Part shown: positions 1-15,095 of the stretch, one piece after another
How the letters are laid out: the number at the start of each line of letters is the position of its first letter
Numbering within the stretch: the first letter of the stretch is position 1
Source: Octopus sinensis
Taxonomy: Eukaryota
Direction of reading: 5' to 3'
DNA: 64,000 nt
Assembly (NCBI RefSeq): GCF_006345805.1
Contig: NC_042997.1
Coordinates: forward strand, 70,742,001 to 70,806,000
Notes under the pieces: model-generated
Databases searched by the model: none
Seen by the model: the letters and a program-made list of their open reading frames with translations, nothing else
What the model was told of the DNA's origin: nothing
Made by a program: the position numbers and the translations under genes

Positions 1-290
1 TTTGCTTGTCCGTTTTCTGTGCATGTGATAGAATGCATGTCTCCGTGTATGTCACTCGTATGACAAAAGCGTGTCCAGCTGAATATAATGTATATGATTG
101 ACATTTGAAGAATATTTCGGGTCAGCTTCCGTGTTTCCTTTGTGTGTGTATTGTCTGTCCAACGCACTGGTAATCATATGGAGAATGGGTTCGCAGATCA
201 GAGGTTTGACCAGAGAAGCAACCGCCATCACCCGTCTGACAAACATGATAAGTCAATGAGATTGCTAATACCATTCCTTGATTTTAATGA
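1..290 (-). mobile_element. Decayed Penelope-like element, GIY-YIG endonuclease remnant
   Basis: Minus frames give HVCQTGDGGCFSGQTSDLRTH, ..EADPKYS and IFFKCQ. These resemble the PLE GIY-YIG YIGQT motif and the C-terminal segment of the copy at 3.3-3.5 kb. Frameshifted. Confidence 0.4.
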
Positions 291-458
291 TGAGTATGAA
301 TGTAAGTGATTTAATATTGGCCGAATTGACTATATGGAATGTACTTACACGTCAGATCTGCATGGATTAAAGAATGAAAATTTTACACGATAGTCTCTCT
401 ACCTCTCTCTACCTCTCACACTCTCTCATTCACTCTCTCTTATGTACAAACACACACA

Positions 459-518
<60 letters not shown>

Positions 519-584
519 GCATGTATGGGTAAATGCTTATAAGAGCATATAGGCATATGTGTGTGTGTGTGTATTTGTATATGC

Positions 585-617
<33 letters not shown>

Positions 618-713
618 ATAAATAAAGATAACATTGATAGTCATATTTAGATACCGATTTTTTCAGGTGGCCAGCATGGGAATAAAAACCGTCAAAGGTA
701 ATAATTATTTAGA

Positions 714-904
714 TTATAATTTAGGGTATCTAAGATATACCCCCATGCTGGAAATAGCAGTCAAAACTTGACTCTAAAACCACATTAAATGTTCATACAG
801 TACTGGGAGAGAAGACAAAGTGACAAAATAAACTAACAAAAAGTTCCAAGTCCCGGATTTCTGGCTTTTAATAAGAAATGCTTTGCCTTCATCAGTGGAA
901 TACA
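714..904 (-). repeat. PLE-type terminal repeat copy (left arm of an inverted pair) with decayed hammerhead
   Basis: Its reverse complement aligns with 1206-1409 at roughly 80% by eye. Contains TTCCA-CTGATGA-AGGC...GCC-AGAAAT on the minus strand (851-900). Confidence 0.6.
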
Positions 905-913
905 CATATATGC

Positions 914-979
<66 letters not shown>

Positions 980-981
980 GT

Positions 982-1012
<31 letters not shown>

Positions 1013-1205
1013 CGATATATTTACGTATACGAACGTATACAAGCATATATATGCATGTATGAACACGACTGGTTTAAATTGCCCCGCTAAAACTTATTTC
1101 GTCATTATATTCACTGCGGTGGTGTTCTGACTATATCGTACGAGGAGTTTTAAGGTGGGGAATTTAAGCTGGTCGTAAGTATATCGTTTATTTGTGCTAT
1201 CTAAG

Positions 1206-1409
1206 TGTATTCCACTGATGAAAGCAAAGCATTTCTTATGCAATGCCAGAATATCTGGGATCTGAAATTATCCAGTAATTTTTTCCTGGTTTATTTCGTC
1301 TCTTTGTCTTCTCTTTTGGTGCTGTATGAACATTTAACGGGGTTTTAGAGTTAAGTTTTGACTGCTATTTCCAGTGTTGTGGTATCTCTTAGAAACCCTA
1401 AATTATAAT
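1206..1409 (+). repeat. PLE-type terminal repeat copy (right arm) with decayed hammerhead
   Basis: TTCCA-CTGATGA-stemII-AGAA-TATC-TGGGA at 1209-1261. Inverted homolog of 714-904. Confidence 0.6.
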
Positions 1410-1458
1410 TTTACATATACATGTAGATAGGTATGGATATAGATAAATATATATATAT

Positions 1459-1514
<56 letters not shown>

Positions 1515-1641
1515 GTGTGTGTGTGTGTGTGTGTTTGTACATATATATAAATAAAAATAGATACATAAAACATATATGCGTAAATATACATGTATATGTA
1601 TGTATATATATATTATATTATATTATATATACACACATACA

Positions 1642-1730
<89 letters not shown>

Positions 1731-2049
1731 TACGTGTATGTCGAAAAACGGTGCGACACAGTTAAACGCAAGTACTTGGGATTGACTAGCACATTTATTA
1801 ATGAAAGTGTATAAAAAACAACTAAGGCAGAAGGAGTTCATAAAACTGTTCGAATTTTAATATTACACCCTTTAGATCTCAGCCTTTTATAAGAGAACAT
1901 ACTCTGTCGCTTCCTGTCATGACCGGTGGGGTTAGATCTGAGCAGTCGGAGGTAATCTTTGAATCCTGAAATCGAGGATGCACAAAACCAAATCTAGGAA
2001 AAGTGGTGCCATATTGTTACGTGCACATTTGTGTAAGACCAATTTGTTG

Positions 2050-2836
2050 CAACTCATGAATAAAAGAAGTTATTAACATGTTGTTCAACTGTAGTTATGA
2101 CGGCTGTAGATCAGCTGTAGTTATGATGACTGCACTGTGTTCGTCTTCAAGAAAATAAGAATCAATCACGCAAGCAGGAATCATCGCGCAGCACATTGTA
2201 ACGATAACACTGTGTATGGGTTTTCACACAGAATTGAGATCCAATTGATTTCCAATCTTACAGTTTTTTTATATTCACATAATGAGATAAATGCATATGA
2301 GTGTCAACAGATACGATTAGGTGCTGCACAGTATCAGTTTTCTTTTTGCTCTTGTTGACAAACTATTCACAGAACCTCACTCTGTGAACTCAATCTCTTT
2401 GAAGCAATTGAGGCACCATAGGTACTCCATAATCATATAGTTTCATATAACTACTAAAATCCTGTCAACAACATTCGAGTAATCTTACCTGCTAGACAAA
2501 GCGACGGGTTTTATTCAATGACACGCACCACACATTCAATATTCACTGTAATGCAGGACGTTTGCAGTCGCCCTTATTCTGGTTCTTGTTTGTGAAACCT
2601 GTCACACGAAAGTTACGAACCGAGACCATAATAACATTACGGTTTGGTGCCTCGCGCTTCCGAAAATGTTTGAATAGCCTTTGTGTTGTGATGAGGGAAA
2701 CTACATTGGTGAAGTATGTTTCTACAGCGGATGTGAGTTTGGATGTGGTAGCCATGGTGGTGCACTTAGTAATGGGTGAATACCTACAATTTGTTTATTA
2801 CGAATAAAATTTGTTTCATCATTATGAAACACCCTG
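2050..2836 (-). mobile_element. Decayed Tc1/mariner-superfamily transposon with DUF4817-like N-terminus
   Basis: Terminus TA|CAGGGTGTTTCATAATGATG at 2836. Minus ORF VETYFTNVVSLITTQRLF..APNRNVIMVSVRNFRVTG. Downstream HLSHYVN and VIDSYFLEDE resemble the FHLSGYVN and IIGPYFFED catalytic-domain motifs. Confidence 0.7.
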
Positions 2837-2838
2837 TA

Positions 2839-2878
<40 letters not shown>

Positions 2879-2879
2879 C

Positions 2880-3500
2880 GACAGAGTTGGTGTGTGAAAG
2901 CACGTGGTTGGATGTATAAAAGACAAGAAAGAGTGAAAAAACTACAGAAGGCTTGTGTTATATGGTTAAAGAATAAATTAAAATCGTTATGTTAGCAAAA
3001 TGTTAAAAATCTTTGCGTATAGAAACATAGTTTTTGGAGAAACAACCGGTTTCGTATCTTCTTTTCAAACTTCTCCAATTTCTCTACATATAACGTGTCA
3101 TGTCTTCGTTATGTTGTGAAATATGGAGGGGGAAGGTAATCAGGGATTTTTTCGGTACAAGGGAGATAATCAAAGATGTTGGGAATGACTAGGCTTGATT
3201 AATTTAACATGGTTTTGGTTTAGAAGGAATAGAAGGTTACAAGTTGTTGGGTTTTGCTTTATATATTTTTTCAATGAGTTGAGTTTCCTTATTTAAAAAT
3301 GTTAGAAATGGTTAGGTTTTGGCTTATATTTTTCAATGAAGAAGATTTCCGTATTTAATCTAACTTGTGTTGGTGTTCGACTGGTACATTGATAGAATGG
3401 AGAGATTACAAATTGTGGTAGCAGTGTTTTTGCGCATTTCTTAATATGTTCGCTAAAGGGTATCATTCTGTATTCTGGGAATGCAATCTGCTGTTTATAA
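2880..3500 (-). mobile_element. Penelope-like element 3' end (GIY-YIG C-terminus plus 3' region)
   Basis: Minus ORF KQQIAFPEYRMIPFSEHIKKCAK..PFYQC..EIFFIEKYKPKPN resembles PLE endonuclease C-termini ending in KPxLN. A decayed hammerhead follows at 3036-3076. Confidence 0.6.
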
Positions 3501-3520
3501 ATGTACATTATTATTATTAC

Positions 3521-5310
<1,790 letters not shown>

Positions 5311-5433
5311 TTTGTTGTTGTTATTGTTGTTGTTGTTGTTCTTCTTCTTCTTCTTATTATTATTATTATTCTTTTTCTTCTTCTTCATTTTCTTCTCTTC
5401 TCTTCTTCTTCTTCTCTTCTTCTTCTTCTCTTC

Positions 5434-5476
<43 letters not shown>

Positions 5477-5479
5477 CAC

Positions 5480-5576
<97 letters not shown>

Positions 5577-5577
5577 G
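5311..5577. repeat. Compound triplet microsatellite (TTG)(TTC)(TTA)(TCA)(TTA)
   Basis: Directly visible. Confidence 0.95.
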
Positions 5578-5917
5578 GAGGTGACGGAACTCTCAAAATA
5601 CAAAGATCTGGAAACTCGAATTTGGAGTTTAAAAACAGAAACGATCCCTATAATGATAGGTGCATTAGGTATTATTAAAAGACATACAGACAAGTACATA
5701 ATCAAAACACCAAGGCATGCAAATATATATAACATACTGTAATTATATCTATAACACACAGAAAACAATTATAAAAGCACTGCACACATCCTACATAAAG
5801 CACTTTCAATACAGTGAAAATAATAACACCAATGCAAACCACAGCACATACCCAAGGCGCACAGAGCTGCGCTCGGTAGTGCAGTGAAAGCGTGTAATGA
5901 AAATAATGACTACTGAA

Positions 5918-5918
<1 letters not shown>
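5578..5918 (+). mobile_element. Older diverged Dong family-A-like 3' fragment followed by (TAC)n
   Basis: CTCAAAATACAAAGATCTGGAAA..CCCAAGGCGCACAGAGCTGCGCTCGGTAGTG..ACTACTGAA matches the family A 3' end, with indels. Confidence 0.8.
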
Positions 5919-5986
<68 letters not shown>

Positions 5987-6576
5987 CAATAATAATAACA
6001 ACAACGCCGACAACAAAGATTATAATAACAATCGCAACAGAATGTTTAGTATTCTTTACTCCGAATAAAAAATAAAAAGTAAAAATAAAGACACCGTAAG
6101 GGACAAATGCAAATACGCTGGGTTGATGTTGAATAATGTGCAAGTAAGGGATAATAAAAAGAAGTTACAACGAAATTTTAACGAAAAATTCCACCAAGGA
6201 AGTGATTACCACTTACGGCCAATCAAGGAAACTCATAAAATCTCAATCTTGACAAAACTATGAACAAGTGACCTCTCCGAAATGTCGTTTCCTGGCCTGT
6301 TGATGCATGCTCAGCGTAGTATACCCATTCACATGTGCTATATTCAATACGCTCACCTAGTTTTGATAGAATTTACCTACATTTTCTCTAAATGAATTCT
6401 GAATAAGTTGTTGAAGGCTTGACTGAAGAGGAAAGTGCATCTTTTCAGTAATTTTCATCTCCTTATCACAAAACTTCTTTCGCAACAGCGATCAAAGAGA
6501 GTTACCATTTTGTGAAAATTTTCTTCCGTATATCTGTTACTTGTTGTTCAGAATTAGGTTTGTATGGCCATGTAAG

Positions 6577-6835
6577 GGAGCTGCCTCGTGGTTAGGGTGG
6601 TGCACTCACGATCCGAGTTTATGGTCTTGATTCCCGGACCAAGAGATGTGTTGTGTTTTTGGGCAAAACGCTTCATTTCACTTTACTCTGCTATCTATTC
6701 TGGCGTGTGACACACCGTGCACCTGTACAAACAATGTCGATTTGATGAAGGGAGTACATCACAAACAATTGATCATTATTAACAAATCATTTGTGAAGGT
6801 TGTTCAATGAGAAATTACAGAATCATCATCCTCGG
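6577..6835 (+). mobile_element. Diverged tRNA-derived SINE with CORE-like domain
   Basis: A/B-box-like head (GTGGTTAGG..TTGATTCCCGG), then TTGGGCAAAACGCTTCATTTCAC. Homologous to 44506-44843 and 48864-49095. Confidence 0.65.
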
Positions 6836-7379
6836 ACTCGAGAGACTACCAACAAGACGCTTGATTTTGAGACAAATTCGACAATATTTGTACTTAGCCT
6901 TTGTACTACGGTTGCTGCACATGAATTAAGTTGACAGAGCTAGCGGCTGTGCTGTTACATTTAGTAGTAATATTAGTCATGGTAGAATTGTGCTTTTTTC
7001 ACTCGTAGCTGTTGTTGAGGTGGTATTGGTGATGGTGTTGTTTTCCGTGTCACCTTTCACTGCTTTGTTATAGTTGTTGTCATCACAACTATATATAGGG
7101 GTGTCGGCTGCTACAGTGGTTGTGGTGGTAGCAGGGGTGTTGTGGCGATAGTAGTCCTCACAATTTTCCTTTTCATTTTTGTTGATGCTGCTGCCGTTGT
7201 TGTTGCTGTTGCTGCTGCTGTTGTCGCTGGTGTTTCTCTTATTGCCATCAACGAGAGCTATTGCGGTGACGGTACAGGAGTTTGACAGATTGTTGTCGGT
7301 TTTCTACCTTTGGCATGCGGCTGCTGCATCTGCGTATTGTTATCGTTATTGTTGTGGCGCCCGTTGTTGCAACTGCTGC

Positions 7380-7700
7380 TGATGGTCGTTCAGTCAGCTT
7401 CTTCCTATCAACTTTTCTTTTAAATATTTTGCACTCAGGTCCGTATGTTCTGTCTTTGCTTTTAATGGTCAAGTGGAAAGTTTCTGTCACTTAGATATGG
7501 AGATGTAATCTTCTCTGTCTCTTTCTGATAAGACAAGTGACACGGTCATGCACTTTACTGTTCAAATAGCCTAGACTGGCATACTTTTTCGCTATCAGAA
7601 AACTGTATGTTACTGGAGCTTGTGGCAGTGAAAGAGGGAAAGCTGAAGAGTATTCCAACATCTTCAGGTCAATTCTCCAGCCAGTCATTCACTTGACAAA
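7380..7700 (-). mobile_element. Possible ancient RTE-like LINE 3' remnant
   Basis: Minus frames DRVTCLIRKRQRRLHLHI and ECKIFKRKVDRKKLTE loosely resemble RTE C-termini. Many stops. Confidence 0.3.
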
Positions 7701-8569
7701 AATGTGTGTGCGTGTGTTATTGCCGCACATGTTGGTAATATGATAGTCGGTCATGCTGCTAAGTTGCTGTGGTTTCGACATAAAACCATTGTTATGCTGT
7801 TTGTGATTCATAATTACTCTGAGGAGAAACTGAATTTGCTTTGTTTCGTTTCTGTTTACTGTCCGTATAAGTGTCCGTTATCGTCCGAGTTTTGCTTTTT
7901 GTTGGCAGGGGAAATACATTGTGTATCCACGCTGCTGCTTTATTAGTAGAAGGTAAATTTTCTTAAGTGAAAAATATAGCCTCCCTTTACCTCCAGCGAA
8001 AAAAAAATCCACAACCTAATGCACCGCATTGTTTAGATAGTGCACGTCGTAAACATATTTTTTGCGTAGTTTCACCTGCTAAAAACAAAAAATAAAATGT
8101 ACAATGATTAGAACAAAGTAAAGCAGGTCATATTCAAACAAATCAAAAAATGATGATGAGGAGGAGGGAGAAGATGATGACGAAGGCAACAACAACGATG
8201 ATGATAATGATTCTTGTCAAAATTGCTTAAATTAGATTGCATAAATATTGTAACCATATGAGACGTAAAACACGGGACCATCTTATCGGGACTAATACTG
8301 GGAGTATAATGAGATTTAGAAGAAATGAAAAAAACTGTGAAGAGTAATTTACGACAGTATTGAAAGAATTAAAAATGAAATTGGAAATATATGATAAATA
8401 GGAAAGATTACGAAAACGAAATAGCGAGAAAAAGAATTCAGTTGAAATAGAATAGAAATAAAAACAGAATGTATCCGTAAAATAAATTAGAGTATCACAG
8501 ATTCATATGGAAATACTTATGAGTTATATAATTATATTATTATATAATTATATTATAATTTTTAAATCT

Positions 8570-8740
8570 GTTTGTGCTTTACTCATTTTCAAACTTCCAC
8601 TGTAAATAGTAACGTTAAAATATTCTGATAAATCTTTAGAGGTTTTCTCTACTTTACTTTAGACGCTTGAATCCCTAAAGGTAGCATCTGATGATACTTT
8701 CCAGTTACTAGGATGAACTGTTTCTTTGAAAACAAAAGAA
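8570..8740 (-). mobile_element. Possible ancient LINE RT-thumb remnant
   Basis: Frame K*RKPLKIYQNILTLLFTVEV*K resembles the RTE motif KLKIYQAILSVLLYGAEVW. Confidence 0.35.
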
Positions 8741-9436
8741 AATGAGGGAAAGATAATAAAGTGTAATTCAGATAGTCAACTGATACAATGAATAGGGAGC
8801 ATGTTAATGAAATTAAACACTTACACCGATAGATACAAGCGAATGTATTATCTCAACATAATTATGTGTTCTGTTTTCGTCAGGTAATATACACGGTATG
8901 AAAGTGTTTTCAGGCCTCTAAAATGCAATCGTATGTTAGGCCATATGTGAATTCTTATATTTTATTTATCTTTAACTATATCGCAATTGGCGACAATATC
9001 CTCGTTCATTGTAGGCTTCCAATGCGCAAATAACTTGCTTACTGCAATTTAATGGCGATATTCACTAGGAATCGACTAAAACGGGTGAACAAATAATAAT
9101 CAAGGAGTCTTTTTTAAGATTCTCATAGAATATTATGAACTATGAAAGGATACTTGGACTTTATCGTAGGTTTACATAATTGTTAGATACTAGAGACATT
9201 AAATATCAAGAATAATGTATGTGTGCGCGTGAATGTGCGTGTATGTGAGAGACAGAGAGCACAGGATGAAAAATAGAGAATAAAAACGCTATAAGTTGAA
9301 TATTATATCATATGATAAATATTCACAAATCATTAATTCATTTGTTTACGATATTCTTTCGATTATAGCAATAAGATGGACCGCGAATATACATACATAC
9401 ATGCATACATACATACATACATACATACATACATGT

Positions 9437-9570
<134 letters not shown>

Positions 9571-9659
9571 AACACCCGAACAGAAAGAGAGACGCAGAAT
9601 GACAAGCTGAAAAACATACACTAAATGCACATACAATACCGTACTTCTTCTTCATAGTT

Positions 9660-9920
9660 GTTTGTTCGTTTCATTTTGTTTTGTTATGTTTAGTCGCATT
9701 CCCAGCAATTCTCTTGATGGTTGCTTCCAGGGGTCTAGCAATATCATCGATAATGACACGAAATTGTGCCCGACGCCCTGGCCGATATCTGATGAGGAGT
9801 TGGCGACCTTCTGTGTTTGTTCTTCGTTCATCTGTGCACGTAGTATATGTTTTTCAACTTGTCTTTCTGTGTCTCTTGGTTCAATTTGTTTATTACTATA
9901 CGTGTTTGAATTCTGAAAAC
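9660..9920 (-). mobile_element. Possible ancient RTE/RTE-X 3' remnant
   Basis: Frames HILRAQMNE and PGRRAQFRVIIDDIARPLEATIKRIAG resemble the RTE C-terminal GH..R / GRP..YIDDI..DL segment. Confidence 0.35.
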
Positions 9921-9956
9921 ATTATTCACATAAAGCAACGCACTCCTTATTTTTTA

Positions 9957-10024
<68 letters not shown>

Positions 10025-10078
10025 TGTATGTGTGTGTGTGTGTATTATATATATTATATTATATATATAACATGTAAG

Positions 10079-10110
<32 letters not shown>

Positions 10111-10479
10111 TGCATGTATGGATGTATGTATATATGTATGTATACGTGGTGGTGACAGCGTGTATGCATGTATGAGTGTTTGTGTGTATTGGTTTATTTA
10201 ATTTACGGTCATAGCGAACGATCTTTGTTATCATCTTTACAAAGGTTTCAGTTGAAGGTAAGGTTGTTTTTGATAACTACCGACGTAAAATAGAGGTACA
10301 CAGAAACACTTGCATACAAGTTCGATGCACACGTATGCATATGTACACTAGCAGGAACATTAATAGACACACACACTGGTTCACTCATGCTCACCCACCC
10401 GCATATGCATACGTACATACATATGTCGACACAAACGTGTCTATAGTTGTATATAGGTAGGCAGAGAAACAGGGAGACA

Positions 10480-10595
10480 TACATACATACATACAGACAG
10501 ACAGAGACAGACAAACAGACAGACTGACAGACAGACAGACTGACAGACAGACAGATAGATAGATAGATAGATACGTAGGTAGGTAGGTAGGTAGG

Positions 10596-10682
<87 letters not shown>

Positions 10683-10691
10683 GTAGGTAGG

Positions 10692-10776
<85 letters not shown>

Positions 10777-10780
10777 GGAT
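10480..10780. repeat. Tetranucleotide compound microsatellite (GACA)n/(GATA)n/(GGTA)n
   Basis: Directly visible. Similar (GATA)n tracts at about 32580-32740 and 52675-52760. Confidence 0.95.
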
Positions 10781-11179
10781 ATAGACAACGTATTTCCGCA
10801 AAGTTTCTGTCTACAAAATTCCAGCTGTTTATTTTTTTTTTCATAGTAACAAAGGTTACATATACTTTTTATGAATACTCTTTGATGAAATTCATGTTTC
10901 AAAAGAAAGAAGAAACACTTGATAATGTTAAAATAAAAGCAAACATCAAATTCAGACCATATAAGTTTCTGAAATATGTCAATATCTCTTGAAGCTGATT
11001 CAGCTGTTTGCCATTCTGAAAACTGAATATGGGAAGGTCACATAACACATTCTCAATACTGCTTTTCTTCATCTTTTTCTCATTAAATTCTGTTCTATCT
11101 GCATTTGGAATACATGATATCATCTCTGAAATTTTGTTTTGCGAGGACCTTAACAAAGAGAGGTACACAAATAATTATT

Positions 11180-11560
11180 GGATGAGAAATACATATATTT
11201 AAAAAATCGAATTCCAAACTTAGGAAGAAACATTCCTCAAGACCAACTGCAAACACTTTCAAAAGCCCTTTCTATAGTACCGAAACTCAATCAGATCAAA
11301 GCCACAAGAGATGTTCTACATCATTTTCACGCTTTTCAGGAACTTCAATAGTCGAAATATTTGAAAATCTTTCAGTGAAATGGAGCAAATCTGAGAGAGC
11401 CACCTCTGCTTTCATTAATCAAAAAAACTGCAGGCATTCTCTAATTCGGAAAGTCTTTATACAAAAGGAGTGTGTTTTTTTTGAGGTGGGGGGAGTATTT
11501 AGCTGCCACTCTTGGAGAAAATGCCTAATATTGTTAAACAGTGTCTATCAATTAAAGATA
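11180..11560 (+). mobile_element. Decayed Penelope-like ORF, N-terminal region
   Basis: RIPNLGRNIPQDQLQTLSKALSIVPKLNQIKATRDVLHHF resembles the PLE N-terminal motif NLS...LSKGLxFVP. Confidence 0.45.
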
Positions 11561-12242
11561 GATTCAAACACATAAAAATAAAAGACTCATAAATATATTC
11601 TCATATATACAAGTCTATTGATTTATCAGCCATCATACCTCAATAGACTTGCACCATGTTTGCAGACATTTTTGGGTGTTCTGCTAATGTTGCTACAGAT
11701 ATAATATAATTAATGAATCTTCGCGGTAATATTGGTTGTAATTTGATGCAGAGAGTTGGGAATAATATTTTGCTCGATTTTGTTATGTATCATTTCATTC
11801 AGCCTTTTAATCTCAGTTTTTGTCTTCTATCACTAAAATTTACGGCAATCAACTACACAGGTTAATCTATTACATGTAGTGAGAGTTAGAGACTTACAGC
11901 ATCAATACAACAATGTCAGATATTCCTTATGGTGGGCAATGAAACCTGACTATGCTACAATGAAACCAACAGCTTGACTCAAAATTTTCGCTATGGAATT
12001 TAAAGGCTACTTGATACATATTAACCATATTGACTACTACCATGCGAACATGGTCAAGTAACGGGAGAACATTAGGGACTGATATTTTAGTGACATATAT
12101 TGTAGAAAAATGTGCGTGTCTGATATCATTTTAGTCAAATACAGCGGTACATATACTCACAAGAAAATACTTAATACCAGACATTTAGTCAGAGAGTGTA
12201 TCGATATCATTATCATTATCGATATTATTTAATAATGTGTTG

Positions 12243-12620
12243 AGCCTGTAGAAGCGTTAGTACGCCGGGCAAAAGGCTTAGCGGCATTTCGTCCATCTTC
12301 GCCGAGGTCGACTTTGCCTCGAGATTGATGTAATCGACTAGTCCTCTATCACCAAAATTTGCAGCCAAGTGCTATAGTTTAACGGATTATTATCAATTTT
12401 TCTTTTCGATAAGGTGTCGTGCTGTCAGAATCGTTAGCCAGCCGGGTAAAATGTTTAGCGACATTTCGTCCGTCTTTACATTCTGAGTTGAAATTCCACC
12501 TAGGTAGCCTTTACCTTTCATCCTTTTGGAGTTGATGAAACAAATACAAATCGAGCACTGGGGTCGATGAAATCAACTTCCCCAAAATTTCAGGTCTTTT
12601 GCTAATTCTAGAAAGGATTA
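12243..12620 (+). mobile_element. Two diverged tRNA-derived SINE copies (GCCGAGGTCGACTTTGCCTTTCATCC family)
   Basis: Homologous to 34175-34575. The second copy ends AAATTTCAGG..AGAAAGGATTAT. Confidence 0.75.
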
Positions 12621-12972
12621 TCTGTAATTTCACAAGCCCGAGGAATACATCGCCAGTATGGTGTCTTGAAAATAATTATTCCCAAGAAATTATCTAAAGA
12701 TGTTAAAGAATAGAATATGCAACATTAGAATACCCCAACAAAAGTTGTAGATTCTTGGGTTTCTTTTTCGTGGAACCTACTTCTGTCTATTTATGGAGTT
12801 TATTTATTATTGTTTTTTCACTATCTAGTCTACAGTGATTCCAGTTGTATAGCTTAGAAACAGAGCGATATCCACTTTCTTGAAGTACCTTTTGAAATCA
12901 AGGTAGTTCTTTTTGAAATACGTTATGGATTCCAAAAAGAGATTATCATTATTATTATTATTATTATTATTA

Positions 12973-13052
<80 letters not shown>

Positions 13053-13057
<5 letters not shown>

Positions 13058-13654
13058 TAGTTTTATTTTTAATAGCGTGCTTTCACTTCACTACCGAGCG
13101 CAGCTCTGTGTGCCTTATATGTGCTGTGATTTGTTGTGATGCTCTGATGGTTATTGTATGGAAAGTGTTCTGCGTAGGATGTGTGCAGTGACTAGTAGTG
13201 CAATTTTCTGTATGTTATATGTATTTGTAAGTCCTGGTGTTTTTGTTATGTATTTGTCTGAATATTTTTTTATCATGCCTAATGCACCTACTATGATAGG
13301 AATTATTTCTGTTTTTAGATTCCACATTCTGGTTACCTCTATTTCCAGGTCTTTGTATTTTGAAAGTTTTCCCATTTCTTTTAGAAACACGTTGTCATCT
13401 GCCGGTATTGATACATCAATTAGAAAGCATTTTTTTTCTTCATGATCTCTGACAACTATATCTGGTCTGTTGGCCTTAATTTCTCTATCTGTGTGTATCG
13501 GCATATCCTAGAGTATGGTTGCTTTCTCGTTTTCTGTGACCTTTTCTGGTGTGTGCCTATACCATCTTTTTTCTGTTGTTATTCGATAATGTTGGCATAG
13601 CTTCCAGTGTATGTAGCTTCCAACTCTGTCATGTCTGTGAATATATTCCTTCTT
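13053..13654 (-). mobile_element. Dong family A 3' fragment
   Basis: RLE ORF 13151-13504. (TAA)n on both sides. Confidence 0.9.
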
Positions 13655-13656
13655 AA

Positions 13657-14400
<744 letters not shown>

Positions 14401-14402
14401 AA

Positions 14403-14433
<31 letters not shown>

Positions 14434-14446
14434 TATTATATTATTA

Positions 14447-14483
<37 letters not shown>

Positions 14484-14487
<4 letters not shown>

Positions 14488-15095
14488 GTTTGACTTTTGC
14501 TTTACATTTGTATAAGTTGGCTCCAAGTCTCACCCAAGGACCTCAAGAGACAGCAAGTTGGAAGTTCATGTTGGTATTATGCCTAGGGTGCCATACATTT
14601 GGTTTCGTACTTAGTGTTGTACTAGTGAATGTTTAAGAAACCATAAGGAAATTATGTTTGTTTTATACTTGAGATTACATAGAAAGTATTTTGCGTAGGA
14701 CATGAGCAGTTCCCATGAGCACTGTCTCTTGCATTTCTGCCATTTTGGTGTTTCCTGGTATCTGAGCTATGTAGTAAGCAGCCCCTTTTGCTATCATTCC
14801 CAGGGCACCTATGGCAACAGGCATTGTTTTAGTCTTCAGGTTCCACATTTTGCTGATTTCTATTTCAAGATCTTTATATTTGCTCAGTTTCTGGTAGGTC
14901 TTGACAGATACGTTTATATCGATTGGGACAGTCATATCAATGAGGAGGCATGTTCTTTGTCTAAAGTCTTTCAATATGATGTCTTACCTATACGCATCTA
15001 TCTTTCTGTCAGTTTGAATGGTGAAGTTCCAGAAGAGTGAGACGTGATCATTTTCAAGCACTGGAGGCGGTTTGTGTTCCCACCAGTTTTTATCA
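14484..15095 (-). mobile_element. Dong family C 3' fragment
   Basis: ORF 14675-14974 CLLIDMTVPIDINVSVKTYQKLSKYKDLEIE. The 3' UTR ends AAAGTCAAACAT followed by (TAA)n. Confidence 0.85.

Noticed and set aside
1-180. GPCR-TM6-like peptide RKLTRNILQMSIIYIIFSWTRF (minus strand)
   Set aside because: Stops lie just upstream, and neighbouring frames fit a decayed PLE GIY-YIG domain better.
667-697. 31-nt plus micro-exon candidate (similar cases at 7909-7952 and about 26205-26235)
   Set aside because: Splice-like pairs of this size are expected by chance in 64 kb of AT-rich DNA. No recognisable peptide.
8640-8735. Apparent terminal exon ETVHPSNWKVSSDATFRDSSV* with a PDZ-like end and a good acceptor (minus strand)
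   Set aside because: An overlapping frame resembles a LINE RT-thumb motif, which is the simpler explanation. No upstream exons are evident.
9660-9917. 86-codon open frame after an acceptor-like site (minus strand)
   Set aside because: No convincing donor or homology. Mixed frames resemble an RTE 3' end.
10899-11168. 89-aa protein-like minus ORF
   Set aside because: Probably the antisense shadow of a decayed plus-strand PLE ORF next to it.
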